From Candidatus Moraniibacteriota bacterium (GTDB lineage: Bacteria > Patescibacteriota > Minisyncoccia > Moranbacterales > GCA-2747515), in contig JALVQA010000004.1 in NCBI GenBank assembly GCA_027031495.1, forward strand, positions 56,070 through 120,069: a DNA stretch of 64,000 bases, in the 5' to 3' direction. A program made the translations under genes and the position numbers. Positions 9,641 to 20,290 of the stretch are shown here, piece after piece. The first letter of the stretch is position 1, and every line of letters starts with the position of its first letter. The notes beneath the pieces are model-generated. The model saw nothing but the letters and a program-made list of their open reading frames with translations. It had not been told where the DNA came from and did no database searches.

Positions 9641-10166
9641 AGTTTTGCTTCTTATATCATTATGTTCGTATCGTGCATCATCGCTTCGTCAAAGATATTG
9701 AACGCAAAACACCTGCCATGCGGCAGGTGCGTGTATTCACATTCTGTGTGTAGAAAGGGATTTGAGCAAGTACGCAGTGTTAGGCCACCGCATACTGCGG
9801 ACCTTGCGAGCCAAAGACCGATATTTGCTGTGCGCACATTTCTGTGCAGACAGCAAACGAGGAGAGAGATTTTTCGGTCATTTGCACTATCATCAAGGTC
9901 CGTGCTCAGAACTGCGTGCCACAATACAAAAATTAATTGCACCGTTTGCAGCAGGACCCCCTTTCTACACGCAAAACACGAACACATCCACCAACTCTAC
10001 ATCAAGGAACACCACATCCACCAACAGTGTAGCATGTTTTACACACTCTGTCCAATTATTGCGTATAAGCCCATTAGGCTCCATGTATGAATATGTAATA
10101 CTAAATAAACAGAGTAGTTCTACAAGAAATATATGTATTGTTAAATTCCTTTGTACATAACTAATA

Positions 10167-10214
10167 ACAAAAAAATTGGAAGGAGGGGTAGTGGTGTTAC
10201 ACCACCCCTCCGCC
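10167..10214 (-). terminator. Intrinsic terminator downstream of the 10220..10645 gene
   Basis: A GGAGGGGT..GTGGTGT/ACACCACCCCTCC hairpin is followed on the minus strand by TTCCAATTTTTTTGTT. Confidence 0.5.
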
Positions 10215-10219
10215 GAGAA

Positions 10220-10645
10220 TTAATTTTCTTCCTCTTGATCCCCTGGCACATGCCAGTAGATCTCAAGTCTGTCTTCCTCCTCCCCAAGACCACCTTCGCA
10301 GAGTCCTTCTACCCTTTTTGTCCTTAAGTAGATTTTACGACCTGTATTTTTCACCACAAAAACTCCTTCTTTGCAGTCATTTTGACTATAAGCTCTTGGT
10401 GGATATGTATCCACCTGCGCTCCATCTTCTTCTCTTATTATTACAATTGACGGATCCAGCCTATGATACCAGAAGTAATCTCCTGGCTCCAAAAAAAAGC
10501 TTCGGAGAGCATCTTTTTTTTCGTTTAGCCTCTTCCTGAGGCCTCTTTCGTATTCATGCTTCCATGCTATTATATTGTTTAACTCTCTGTTTCTAACAGA
10601 GAGTACAACAATAATAACAACAACAAGAAGAAGAATAATGCTCAT
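10220..10645 (-). CDS. Hypothetical protein with N-terminal membrane anchor
   Basis: It has a hydrophobic N-terminus (IILLLVVVIIVVL), a terminator downstream and no recognisable domain. Confidence 0.45.
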   Translation of the reverse strand: MSIILLLVVVIIVVLSVRNRELNNIIAWKHEYERGLRKRLNEKKDALRSFFLEPGDYFWYHRLDPSIVIIREEDGAQVDTYPPRAYSQNDCKEGVFVVKNTGRKIYLRTKRVEGLCEGGLGEEEDRLEIYWHVPGDQEEEN

Positions 10646-11470
10646 TGTTTTCCCTCCTTAAGGGACTTGGCCACCAGATCGGTGGCGTTGAAAAAAAATG
10701 TCACTCGCTGTTACGAGCGACGCCATTACAAGAATTTACACACCATTCTTACAACAGCGTCGCTCACAAAAAAGTGCTGCATCTATATTGTACAGCGCCC
10801 TTTGTATAATTACCTACCTGCAGAAAGCATTTCTACAGGCCATGGGTGGTTAGACCATCACCTGCAGCAGAAACTTTCTGCAAGAAAGTTCTGGGCGTCG
10901 TCATGCCGTTCGTGCGGGTATCACGTTGGACCCACTCACACTACTAGGGCGCAGTGCGTGATATCACATTAGATATCATCTCTTTCACTCTTCGTTGAGA
11001 GACACCGCTCATGCGACTTTTTACATGTTCATAAAATGAATATTTTCCCGTGCGTTTCTCCTCTCTCTCCTCATTGTCTCTGCCTAAGAGACTGTGAGAA
11101 AGGCATAGAACGCACACATCTTATGACCATTGCTTCAACTAAGGTACTGCTCATGTAAAGAACATTCTGACTGTATTTGCAGTCAGTACGCTGCGCATAC
11201 TCTTGCGCAAATACTGACAACAAAAAGCAGTACATCTCTTGAGAGTATGTACTGCTGCATTCGTCAGTTGGCGGTAGTATATACTCTCTCCTCTGTCCGT
11301 AAGCATCGATTGCCTAAAATCGTTTGCGCTACGTCCGTGATGGTGCAACTATAGCATATATAAAAAATATTGTCAAGTACTTACTCCTACATTCTCATCC
11401 CAATCTTAATTCCTCCACAAAAAAGACATCCCTTGATATAATTGCAGATCTCTATACCTAACAGTTAACC

Positions 11471-12474
11471 ATGGACAGGGATATCTCACACACATATTAC
11501 ACCATCTCATCGTACAGTGATAGTAGCACTGTTGCGTGCCGGTGTTTCCCAAAAGGATATTGCCGCACAACTCGGCAAAACGCCGAGTGCCATCTCTCAA
11601 AAAAAGATTAAGCGCAACAATGATGCTGACGGTGTCTACAGAAAGCGTACCGCTCAGGAAAGAACGACACGTCGCAGAGTTACTGTCAATCAGCGCTTTC
11701 GTGAACTAGCTCATGATCCGTGGCTCCGTGCATATATGGAACGAAAGCTCAAGATGCGCTGGTCACCGGAGCAGATAAGTGGACGATTGCGACTGCAGTA
11801 TGGCAGTACTCTGGGAAAAGATAGTATATATGCTACGTCTACACTCACCACACGGACTTGGTACAATATCTGCGGTGCAAGAAAGGATCTTTTCGCAGGC
11901 GTTGCGGTACGCGCATCCGTGAAAAAGTGCGTGAACAAGCCAAAATCAGGCGCATTGACACGCAACCAACCATTGTTGAGGCCCGAGAGAGAATCGGTGG
12001 CTGTGAGGGTGATACAATCATTGGAAAATATATGACAAAGCGACTCGTCACAAATGTTGATCGCAAGAGCGGCTACGGCATGATTGATAAGTTGTCAGTT
12101 ATCACGAGAGAAACGATGTTTGCTACGCTGGAGAAGCGCTTTGGTACGGATTGCTAGAAAGAGAAAGTATACGTATACGTACAAAAACGGTGCGGAATTG
12201 GGCAAGGAAGATGCGTGGCTGGAAGAAAAAATCAAGATGGATATCTACAGAGCGTACCCCTACCACTCCTAGGAGCGTGTGTGTAACGAGCTTAGTACGG
12301 GAGTTCTTTCCAAAAGGTACAGACTTTGCTGGAATGTCGGAGAACGAGGTGCGGCGAATAGAGTGCCTGCTCAACAACCGACCTCGCAAGAGACTTGGTT
12401 ACAGAACACCACGGGAAGTCTTTTTTGAGAAAAAAATGTGCATTTTTTTGATTAAGATTTGGGAGAGAATTTAA
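11471..12474 (+). mobile_element. IS30-family transposase gene, degraded (at least 2 frameshifts)
   Basis: Three consecutive ORFs in different frames carry IS30 hallmarks. These are an HTH region (LLRAGVSQKDIAAQLGKTPSAISQKKIKRNN, WSPEQISGRL), a GGCEGDTIIG..LVTNVDRKSGY segment corresponding to GHWEGD, and a C-terminal FFPKGTDFAGMSENEVRRIECLLNNRPRKRLGYRTPREVF. Confidence 0.75.
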
Positions 12475-12716
12475 GAGTTTTGACAATCTCTCACAGTACA
12501 TGGATACTTATGTCAACTCCCAATTTGCCAGTGACACATGGGGCGAGGTTAACTATGTTGGCCAACACTTAAAGGAAAAGGCCTATATCCGGGAGTCCAT
12601 CAATGACTAGATCAAAGCACACGGCGGCAAGCACTATCTTCTCAAGGAATAGCACCATCAAAAAACATCGACATATAGGTGTTTTTTTGATGATGTAGCC
12701 TCCCGGAGGAAATGCC

Positions 12717-12960
12717 TTATTCTTTTGAACTATTCCCCATGCGCATGAGAAAGCATGTCAGCAAGCGCACAGGCACGCCTGCCACACCCAGTGCAAGCGC
12801 CTCTTCTTTGATTGCAGTCATGCGCGGTGCCATGTCAATGTGCACCCATGGCACATTCTCGTGCACAAATTGTTTGAGAAACGCCGCAGTTGTAATCGTT
12901 CCAGCATAGCGGTCCTGTCCCGGCGTAGTGGTATTGGCAATATCCGCCACATCGCTCCTG
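12717..12960 (-). pseudogene. Fragment (C-terminal ~75 aa) of an M17 leucyl aminopeptidase
   Basis: FRSDVADIANTTTPGQDRYAGTITTAAFLKQF..PWVHIDMA...GVAGVPVRLLTCFL aligns with the PepA C-terminus (NFADMANIGG..GGAITAGCFLSRF..WAHLDIAG..GATGRPVALLAQFL). The catalytic upstream part is absent. Confidence 0.5.
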
Positions 12961-13069
12961 AATTGCATCGTATTCTCCACCACCGGCACGAGTGTGACGA
13001 TACTCTTCTTGAGTTTGAGTTTTGCTGCTGCAAACAGTGTGTTCACAACCGCAACGCCACAACGCATCG

Positions 13070-13221
13070 CGAACATTGCGCGCAAGAAGCATGCCATAGG
13101 GACCGTAGTCATACACCGCCGCAAAGCCGCCGTAGATTTCGCTGTATGGAAAAACAAAACCCCGTCGCTTGGCAAACGCCGTGAGCGCATCCATTTTCTG
13201 TTCATCCATAAGATGCGCCAA
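13070..13221 (-). pseudogene. Fragment (N-terminal ~50 aa) of a class II glycyl-tRNA synthetase
   Basis: MDALTAFAKRRGFVFPYSEIYGGFAAVYDYGPYGMLLARNV matches the GlyRS N-terminus (KRRFFYDQAFAIYGG..GLYDFGP.G..LKNNI). Similarity is lost after about 50 aa. Confidence 0.5.
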
Positions 13222-13224
13222 AGG

Positions 13225-16071
13225 TTAGTAGACTATGAGATGTACATCTCTTTGCATCTTATTGCCAGCACGATCATGTGCCCAAACTCGCAAGATATGT
13301 TTTCCACGATTTATGCCTAAAGGAATAGTAAAAAACTTCTTCTTTGTCTTAACCTTTCTCCCGTTATCAATCTGATAACGATAATGCTTTATTCTAATAT
13401 CATCTTTTGCGTCCCACCAGATTTTATCACCAGGCTTTTTATGTAAGCGCCTTGGCAAATCAATAAAAACTGGGTCCTCTGTATCTACAATGACAGTATA
13501 CCTTTTTTTCTTAATACGATTGCCCTGAACATCATAAAAGCGTACTTCATATCTAAATTTTCCATCTTTCTTTACTTTAGCATTGAGCCTCCATTTGCCA
13601 TTTTTTCTAATTTCAGCTTTATCAACTGTTCGATTCTTATAACGAAGTTTGACCATTCCATTATATAGATTTTTTGTTGATCCTCTCAGTGAGAATGAGT
13701 GTCTATCAACATAAATCTTTTTACTGTTGATGTCTGTCCAGGGATCACTTTTTGAATCTCTTACTTTATCAACATCTGCATCAATCAAATTTAAAACGTA
13801 CTTATTTACGGCACTACACTGACTGTCTGAAAAAGGCACTTTTGATAAACCATTGTATCTTCGCATCATGACAGAATAAAGCACATTTGCAACTTCTCCG
13901 CGTGTCATTGATTTATTAGGGCAAAACTTTCCATCAGAACAAGGTTTCATCCACCCATTATTCACCATATAATATATATATGCGTGAGCCCAATGATCAT
14001 TAGGGACATCAGAAAAGGTATTGGTGGGGCCGCTGTTGGTTGGTGTGCATTTAGCATATCCGTATGCAAATGCACGCCCAATCAATGTTGCTAGTTGAGC
14101 TCGTGATATTAGAGCTTCAGGACAATACTTCTTTGGCCTCACAGAGCACCCTACCGTAATTTTTCTTGAGGCCAAGGCCTCAACAGCACCAAAGTAGGGC
14201 TGGCCAAAATGCACATCACTAAATGTGCCTACACCATTATAGTTTGTGTCGAAACCAAGGCTACGCGCAATTAACACAGCTGCCTGTCCCCTTGAAATTT
14301 TTTTATCGATACCAAATATAGCATCCCAGACGTTGCCAGTACCGTGTTGCACACCATTTGAAATATGGTGTGCCGATAAGAGCTGGGTAGCTTTCCAGTA
14401 TAAATTATTACGAGGAGTATCATCATAAATGAAAGAAGAGATAGGGATGCTCATATTGAGAAGCTGTTGTTGGACATGTAGAACTTCTACATCTCGTGGA
14501 TTCACACCCTGATGAATTGACAATGACGCTACAATACCAGCTACTTGTCCAATCATCATTACAATAGGCTGCAATCGCGTCGCTCCGTTTGCCAATCGTG
14601 TTACCCCGATATTCTTTTCTGCCGCAATCAGACCATTTATAGATTTTGGGATAAGTGCGCCTAGAGGCACCTGAAATGGACCTACAGCATCAGAAATATC
14701 ATCAGTAGTTTCGCCCAAATACGTTTCAAGATCACTATTTGCTCCACAGTTATGAAGATCTGTTACATAATCACCTACTGCAATCGAATTTACAGAGTTT
14801 CTCACAATACCGGCAGTTCCTGTGCGTTTGATATCTTTCGCTTTTAATGTTTCAATAGGAATTATGCGTGCACTCTCGCGGACATATGCCATAGGTGGCA
14901 TATGTTTTTCTAACCGATCTGGTATATCATTGCAGTTATTTTCCTCAATATTATAGGCAGTATCAAAACCTTCTTCTTTAGCCAAAGACCAATCAAGACC
15001 AAGTGTGTTCTGCCAATAGTAAAGTTGTTGTAATGTTTTCTTTTTTGCTTTACATAACGTATTAAAACGTTTCACTCTGTCATTTAAGAAGCTAGCATCT
15101 GCAGGATAGTCATTTTTTAGGTTGATAATCGTTTTTGTAATATTCGTACCATCTGACGCATGATAATCACCTGAACCAAGAGAGTCGGGCACTCCACGAT
15201 ACGCAAAAAATGGCTTTGGCCCATCAAGTCGCCAACTATACGCGCAGCCCGCTGCACTAGAACCTTCTTGACCAAAGAAACAGTTGTAGTAGTTTGTCCA
15301 TGTTGTTAAAGCAGCATCTGCTCCCGCAGAGTCATCACCAAAAAGCCATACCTTATCATTTTCATCTAAAATTAGGTCGGCAGGAACACCACCACTATAT
15401 TTTCGAACAACGGCTGTATAGGTAATATCCTGAATACATGCGTTTTCTTCTACATTAGAACTAAGGTTATTGGCAATTCTATAAGGTGATCCTGATAACA
15501 TTATGACATCCCCGTATTCTGTCGCATCAATTGTTACCGGCGCCTTCACAGTTTTTTTAACACCATCCTTGTTCTCAATAATTATCCCTGTTACTGTGTT
15601 ATTAGAAACTATTACAGATTTAACAGAATGTCGTTCGATAAGAGTGATGCGTGATTCCCGCTCAATCATGCTACGTAAAATCTTTTGTCCCACAAATGGC
15701 TCAAAGCAATACGTGGAGTCATTCCAATAGCATGTGCCAACAGACTTCCCTAGTCTTGCATAATAGTTTATAACTTGGTCAATAAATTCTTTATAAATAC
15801 CAGCATGTCGATCACGTGGACGAGAGTAGGCAGTATCATCCATGTTAGGTACTCCTGCACATGTCATCTGACCACCAATACAATCCGTTTCTTCAATCAA
15901 AACAACATTCTGCCCCATGCGTGCAGCTTGAATTGCTGCCGATATACCACCTGCACCCGCACCAACAACAATAACATCTGTCTCTATTGCAGCGAGCGCT
16001 TCTGATGTCATCACTAAAAAAAACAATATTACAAAAAAAAGTTTTGACATATTTTGTTTCAAATTTATCAA
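13225..16071 (-). CDS. Secreted FAD-dependent oxidoreductase with three SLH (S-layer homology) repeats and a C-terminal beta-rich domain
   Basis: There is a signal peptide and the Rossmann motif DVIVVGAGAGGISAAIQAARMG. SLH-like repeats are TFSDVHFGQPYFGAVEALA..ISRAQLATLI and TFSDVPNDHWAHAYIYYMVNNGWM..MTRGEVANVL. The protein is 948 aa. Confidence 0.7.
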   Translation of the reverse strand: MINLKQNMSKLFFVILFFLVMTSEALAAIETDVIVVGAGAGGISAAIQAARMGQNVVLIEETDCIGGQMTCAGVPNMDDTAYSRPRDRHAGIYKEFIDQVINYYARLGKSVGTCYWNDSTYCFEPFVGQKILRSMIERESRITLIERHSVKSVIVSNNTVTGIIIENKDGVKKTVKAPVTIDATEYGDVIMLSGSPYRIANNLSSNVEENACIQDITYTAVVRKYSGGVPADLILDENDKVWLFGDDSAGADAALTTWTNYYNCFFGQEGSSAAGCAYSWRLDGPKPFFAYRGVPDSLGSGDYHASDGTNITKTIINLKNDYPADASFLNDRVKRFNTLCKAKKKTLQQLYYWQNTLGLDWSLAKEEGFDTAYNIEENNCNDIPDRLEKHMPPMAYVRESARIIPIETLKAKDIKRTGTAGIVRNSVNSIAVGDYVTDLHNCGANSDLETYLGETTDDISDAVGPFQVPLGALIPKSINGLIAAEKNIGVTRLANGATRLQPIVMMIGQVAGIVASLSIHQGVNPRDVEVLHVQQQLLNMSIPISSFIYDDTPRNNLYWKATQLLSAHHISNGVQHGTGNVWDAIFGIDKKISRGQAAVLIARSLGFDTNYNGVGTFSDVHFGQPYFGAVEALASRKITVGCSVRPKKYCPEALISRAQLATLIGRAFAYGYAKCTPTNSGPTNTFSDVPNDHWAHAYIYYMVNNGWMKPCSDGKFCPNKSMTRGEVANVLYSVMMRRYNGLSKVPFSDSQCSAVNKYVLNLIDADVDKVRDSKSDPWTDINSKKIYVDRHSFSLRGSTKNLYNGMVKLRYKNRTVDKAEIRKNGKWRLNAKVKKDGKFRYEVRFYDVQGNRIKKKRYTVIVDTEDPVFIDLPRRLHKKPGDKIWWDAKDDIRIKHYRYQIDNGRKVKTKKKFFTIPLGINRGKHILRVWAHDRAGNKMQRDVHLIVY

Positions 16072-16149
16072 CTATGAATCTAGATAGATTTAACAATCCT
16101 CTCTCTTTGTCGGTGTCTTCTTTTGGGGCTCTCTTAGTAGTATACCACG

Positions 16150-16915
16150 CATTGTTACCCTGAAGACTGAAGATTATCCTTCTGTGAAAGCAAACATTGT
16201 AGAGAAACTGAAAATAGGATTGAATCCTGATGAAATCAGTGGAATGATGAATAGAGAACGGCACGACATTATTGCATCAAAAACAACCATCTATCGATGG
16301 TTGTACAGTGCACGTAGACAGCAATATTGTTGGTATCTGTATACACAAGCGGTATGAGAAGAAGAAACGAAGAAAGAAGACCAAGAATGTCATGATTCTC
16401 AATCGGACAAGCATCTAGAAGCGACACCGTGGCGCAATGCGTCGGACACGCTATGAACACTGAGAGGTGGATGCCATTGTATCACTACAAGGAAATCGAG
16501 GGTCACTGTACGCTGCATAGGAACGCATAACACGGTTTGTGCGGATTTTCAAGTGTACTTCTCTGCGTGCACGCGAATATATCCAAAAACACCGTGCCGC
16601 CACAACACAGTGCAACGTTTTGTTCATGACATTCGATAACGGGATTGAAAACAAACAGCATCAGGAGCGCGATGTTCCAACTTTCTTCTGTGACCCCTAT
16701 GCTTCGTGGCAGAAAGGAAGTGTAGAGAATGTGAACAAATTAATCAGACAATATACTCCCAAGTGAATAGAAATTGCCAGAGTGCCGGTAGCATATATTC
16801 AGTTGGTGAGAGAGCATATTAACAGCAAGTCACGGAAAATTCTGAATTACAAAACCGCCTATGAGGCGGCGGTGGAGCATGGTGTATTGAAAAGTGAGAA
16901 GTGCTCTAATTGAGG
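16150..16915 (+). mobile_element. Second IS30-family transposase remnant (N-terminal HTH missing, frameshifted)
   Basis: LNPDEISGMMNRERHDIIASKTTIYRWLY corresponds to WSPEQISG..ETIYR.IY. The segment FDNGIENKQHQERDVPTFFCDPYASWQKGSVENVNKLIRQYTPK matches the IS30 C-terminus. The tail NSKSRKILNYKTAYEAAVEHGV lies in another frame. Confidence 0.65.
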
Positions 16916-17018
16916 GTGAAATTTAGGTTAGTATACGGCGACGCATTATATAATTATAATGCATTTTTGTCAATTGATTTGATTTTTTCTTTTTGCCATC
17001 TTTTTTTATGATTAAACA

Positions 17019-19693
17019 TCATCTGCGTTGCATTTTTAGCGCGTCTTTCACAGACTGCTCATTTAAACCTGTAAGAGAAAGCGCAATGACAGCCGGATGA
17101 ATAGAAACGTCTGCTAAGTGTGTACGATCAATGACATACATTTCATCATACGTATTCACTTTTTCACTTCGCATATACACCGCAATCATTTGCACCGTAT
17201 GCGCAAAAAGTGCATTAAACCACGCCATGGCACGTCTATACCATGTATCGTGCACAGATGTTGCGCGTGGCGCTGGCGCATCTTTGCTGTACATATTGCT
17301 TTGTTTGGTATGTGTGCCAAATTCATTTTCCCACGCGCGCGCACTGATAGCACGCGCACGTTCATCACCACTACCGCCGCTATCTACCTGCGTTTGTTTT
17401 ACTTCTTTTTCTGCAACATGCGGCACATCCCAGACCCATCCACCACCGTCAGCATGCGCGCGTTTGCGATATACCGCATCATCTGGAACTGTTTTATATC
17501 CACTCGGCGGCGTGTATTTTTTACTGTATGCAATTGTTCCATCTGGCCTACGCACCGCGACATAGCCACCTCTATTCGGTAGCGTGATCGCACTGTATTT
17601 TGTATAAATCTTTTTCTCTTTACCTGGTGCAAGAACAATTTTTTTGTGCAACGGATGATTAACACTTTTATTTTTTGTGCTTCCCGTTACAATGCTCCAT
17701 CCACGCAAATTAACACTCTTTTTACTTTTATTTTTAATAACGACGTACTCCGTGCCAGTATCTTTGCCACGTGGATTTGGTGCGATGGCGACAATTTTGA
17801 TTTTTCTGTGTGGATATCGGTGCACATCTACAGAGAATTGCCGCATCACCTCTTCGCTTGCATCTTTGACGCGTACTTGTACCGTATAGTGTCCTTGTGC
17901 ATCATATGTGTGCGTTGTACTAGCTTTATAACTTCTGTGTCCATCACCAAAATCCCATCTGTACGAAAGTGCTTCCCCATCGAGATCATGTGCACGTACT
18001 GCAAAGTGTGCTGTGACATCTTTATAGATCTCGTCATCATACTCCAGTACATCAATAATCGGCAACATATTAAAGATATTGCGTGCACCGGGCGTGAGCG
18101 TTTTACTCCATCTGTAGACACCGCTTCTTTCATAATTCAGTGATACGTCCTCAGGTGCACTGCGTGTGTAGTGCAGGTGATCAACAACAACATACTCATC
18201 ACCGCGTGACGCCCACAGCGTAACACTATCACCATTGTTATTAAGCGCAAAACCAAAAGTCGGACGTCGTAACAGCAAAAATCCCTGCGGTGGCACTGCT
18301 ACGGAAGCAGGAAACGTATATCGTCCCGTTATGCTTTTATCACCAAGCACCCACCCGTGAAGATTTACACTTTTTGTATTCGGATTGTACAGTTCAATAT
18401 ATTCATTTATACTTTCGTCACCAGACGGGTTTGGTAAAATCTCATTGATGCGAATCTTCTCGCCCGCATAAGGCACTACGCACGGTTCTGTGCGAAAAAG
18501 TTGATGCGTACACTTCTTTGCTAGAGATGTATCACTGCGCGTGTGTGCAACATATGTATCGTTAGAAGGATTTTGACGATTTTTCCGTAAAAGGCAGCAT
18601 CCTTGTGGCCATGACCCCACGCTACAATATCACGCAGAACACGTTGATTATCAAGGAGAATAATTGCATTATTATCAGCAAATGACTTTTTGCGCACAAA
18701 ATCTGCCTTCCCTCTGTATGCACCATCCGCACGCGCAATTACAATCATGCCATGTGCCGGCAGGCGCACAGGTCCATCACCACACTCTTTTGTACCAAAC
18801 GTGCATATATTCTCACTTGTGCCGAATAGTGTGTCATCACATGTTTTAATTATCTTTGTCGCCGTTCGTCGTCGCACGTGCCATCCGGTAATGTCAACAG
18901 TGTGATCTGTCGTATTTTTAATGATAAGCGCATCATCTTTGTCGTGTATGGCAACAGCTGCAATAATGATATCGGACGATGATTTTTTGTAAAGACGCTT
19001 TTTGTAAGCATTGAGATCACATGTCTCTTTATTACTATCTTTGCCGTCATCATCACGCTTGTGCACCTCTTTTTCCGCTGCATCTGCACTTTCGTTTTTA
19101 TCACCTTTAAGCACACTTTGTGTGCTTGCAAAGTTATTTTCTTTCCCACTTTCTGACGAATCCTGACTGTATTTATTATTCTCCTTTGTGTTATTTTTTA
19201 TGTCGCCACCCTCTTGCCGCTTGTCATCTTCCTCCGCAGGTGTGTTATTGTTATCGCGTACAGTGTGTCCTTGCGTAGTATTATCATCAGAAGCATCACT
19301 CTCCCCATTTTCTTGCGTATGCTGTACGTTACCGCCCTCACTATTCCCGTCTGCTGTATCTACACTTTTTTCTCGCTGTACCTCTTCTTCTCTATTTACA
19401 TTATTGTCATCACCTTCATCTGCACTAGCGTCTATGTTGTCGCTTTCACTGTTATTTTCTGTAGCACTCCTCCTGCTGTATGCATTATCCCCTTCACTTT
19501 CGCTACTCACATTCTCCATAACGACACTTTCATATCCTTGATGTGTATCTATGTCTTCTTCTGCGTAAATTATACCGCCACTGTAAAATATCGCCCATGA
19601 AAAAATACTCACGCCCCATGCCGTGAGTATTCTAAAAAGAAAAAACATACGTCTCTCAACGCGCTCACGCCACCCCATCTTCTTTACCCTCAT
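17019..19693 (-). CDS. Large surface protein with three lamin-tail domains (LTD) and a PKD domain, interrupted by a frameshift near 18585-18600 in an A5 run
   Basis: There is an N-terminal signal/TM segment and an acidic low-complexity region. The first LTD is HDKDDALIIKNTTDHTVDITGW; after the frameshift come a second LTD (INEILPNPSGDESINEYIELYNPNTKSVNLHGW), a PKD domain (YRWDFGDGHRSYKASTTHTYDAQGHYTVQV) and a third LTD (PNPRGKDTGTEYVVIKNKSKKSVNLRGW). The two ORFs overlap in different frames at 18521-18620, and the start was chosen at an internal Met to avoid the upstream gene. Confidence 0.65.
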
Positions 19694-20288
19694 TTCTATC
19701 ATTACGGTTATCATCAGGAAGATTTTCCTCCGATTCATTATATGTCTTCCTCTGCATTTCCACAAGCATTGCTTTTACTGCATAAGGATCCGGTACGCTA
19801 CGAAAGAGGAAGCGTGTATGCTCTGCAGCGGTCTGCACTTCAACATCACCATAATTTAAAAGTGTCGGAATAATGCCACGTACATTACTTGTAATATCTT
19901 GAATTGTGTGAAAATACAATTCGCTTACCTGACGCGAAAAGAGACCTTTTTGTTCAATATTAACAACACGACGATTTGTTACAATCCATACATCAAGCCA
20001 ATAATCAATCCATGTTATAAAACCATAAAACCACAAGAAAACCACAAGAAAACTATCAACAAGGAGAATGAGTGGCATAATATGCTCAACACCAAGCGAT
20101 GATTCAAATAACCCAACAAAAAGTGTTCCCGCAAGCATTGTAAGAGCAACAAACGTTATAAGCACGTAATGCATCACAATATCAAACCAGTGTCGATGAA
20201 TTACTGAAAGAATAATCTCATCGTCGCGTTGCCCACGAAAGTGATAATGTGAAAAATCTTCTATACTATGTCCTACTTTCTTCGTCAT
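19665..20288 (-). CDS. Bacterial PH-domain (bPH_2/YdbT-like) membrane protein
   Basis: Two TM helices are followed by a PH-like region (WIVTNRRVVNIEQKGLFSRQVSELYFHTIQDI), the typical DUF304 architecture. Confidence 0.55.
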   Translation of the reverse strand: MTKKVGHSIEDFSHYHFRGQRDDEIILSVIHRHWFDIVMHYVLITFVALTMLAGTLFVGLFESSLGVEHIMPLILLVDSFLVVFLWFYGFITWIDYWLDVWIVTNRRVVNIEQKGLFSRQVSELYFHTIQDITSNVRGIIPTLLNYGDVEVQTAAEHTRFLFRSVPDPYAVKAMLVEMQRKTYNESEENLPDDNRNDRNEGKEDGVA

Positions 20289-20290
20289 AA

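Noticed and set aside
9740-9972. Attempt to identify the structured region as RNase P RNA, tmRNA or SRP RNA
   Set aside because: It is too short for RNase P (about 230 nt). The P4/CR-I motif (GGAAAGUCCGGGC), a tmRNA tRNA-like CCA end and the SRP GGAA-apex domain IV were not found by eye. It is left as an unassigned candidate.
9652-10160. Overlapping short ORFs on both strands in the yebC upstream gap
   Set aside because: They mutually overlap, have no homology signal, and the region shows RNA-like long-range pairing instead.
13225-16071. Multiple small internal ORFs (60-123 aa) within and antisense to the 948-aa gene
   Set aside because: They are nested inside a long ORF with clear Rossmann and SLH motifs.
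18521-18620. Two overlapping genes at the LTD locus
   Set aside because: The overlap is in different frames with a continuous domain series across it. A single frameshifted gene fits better than two genes.
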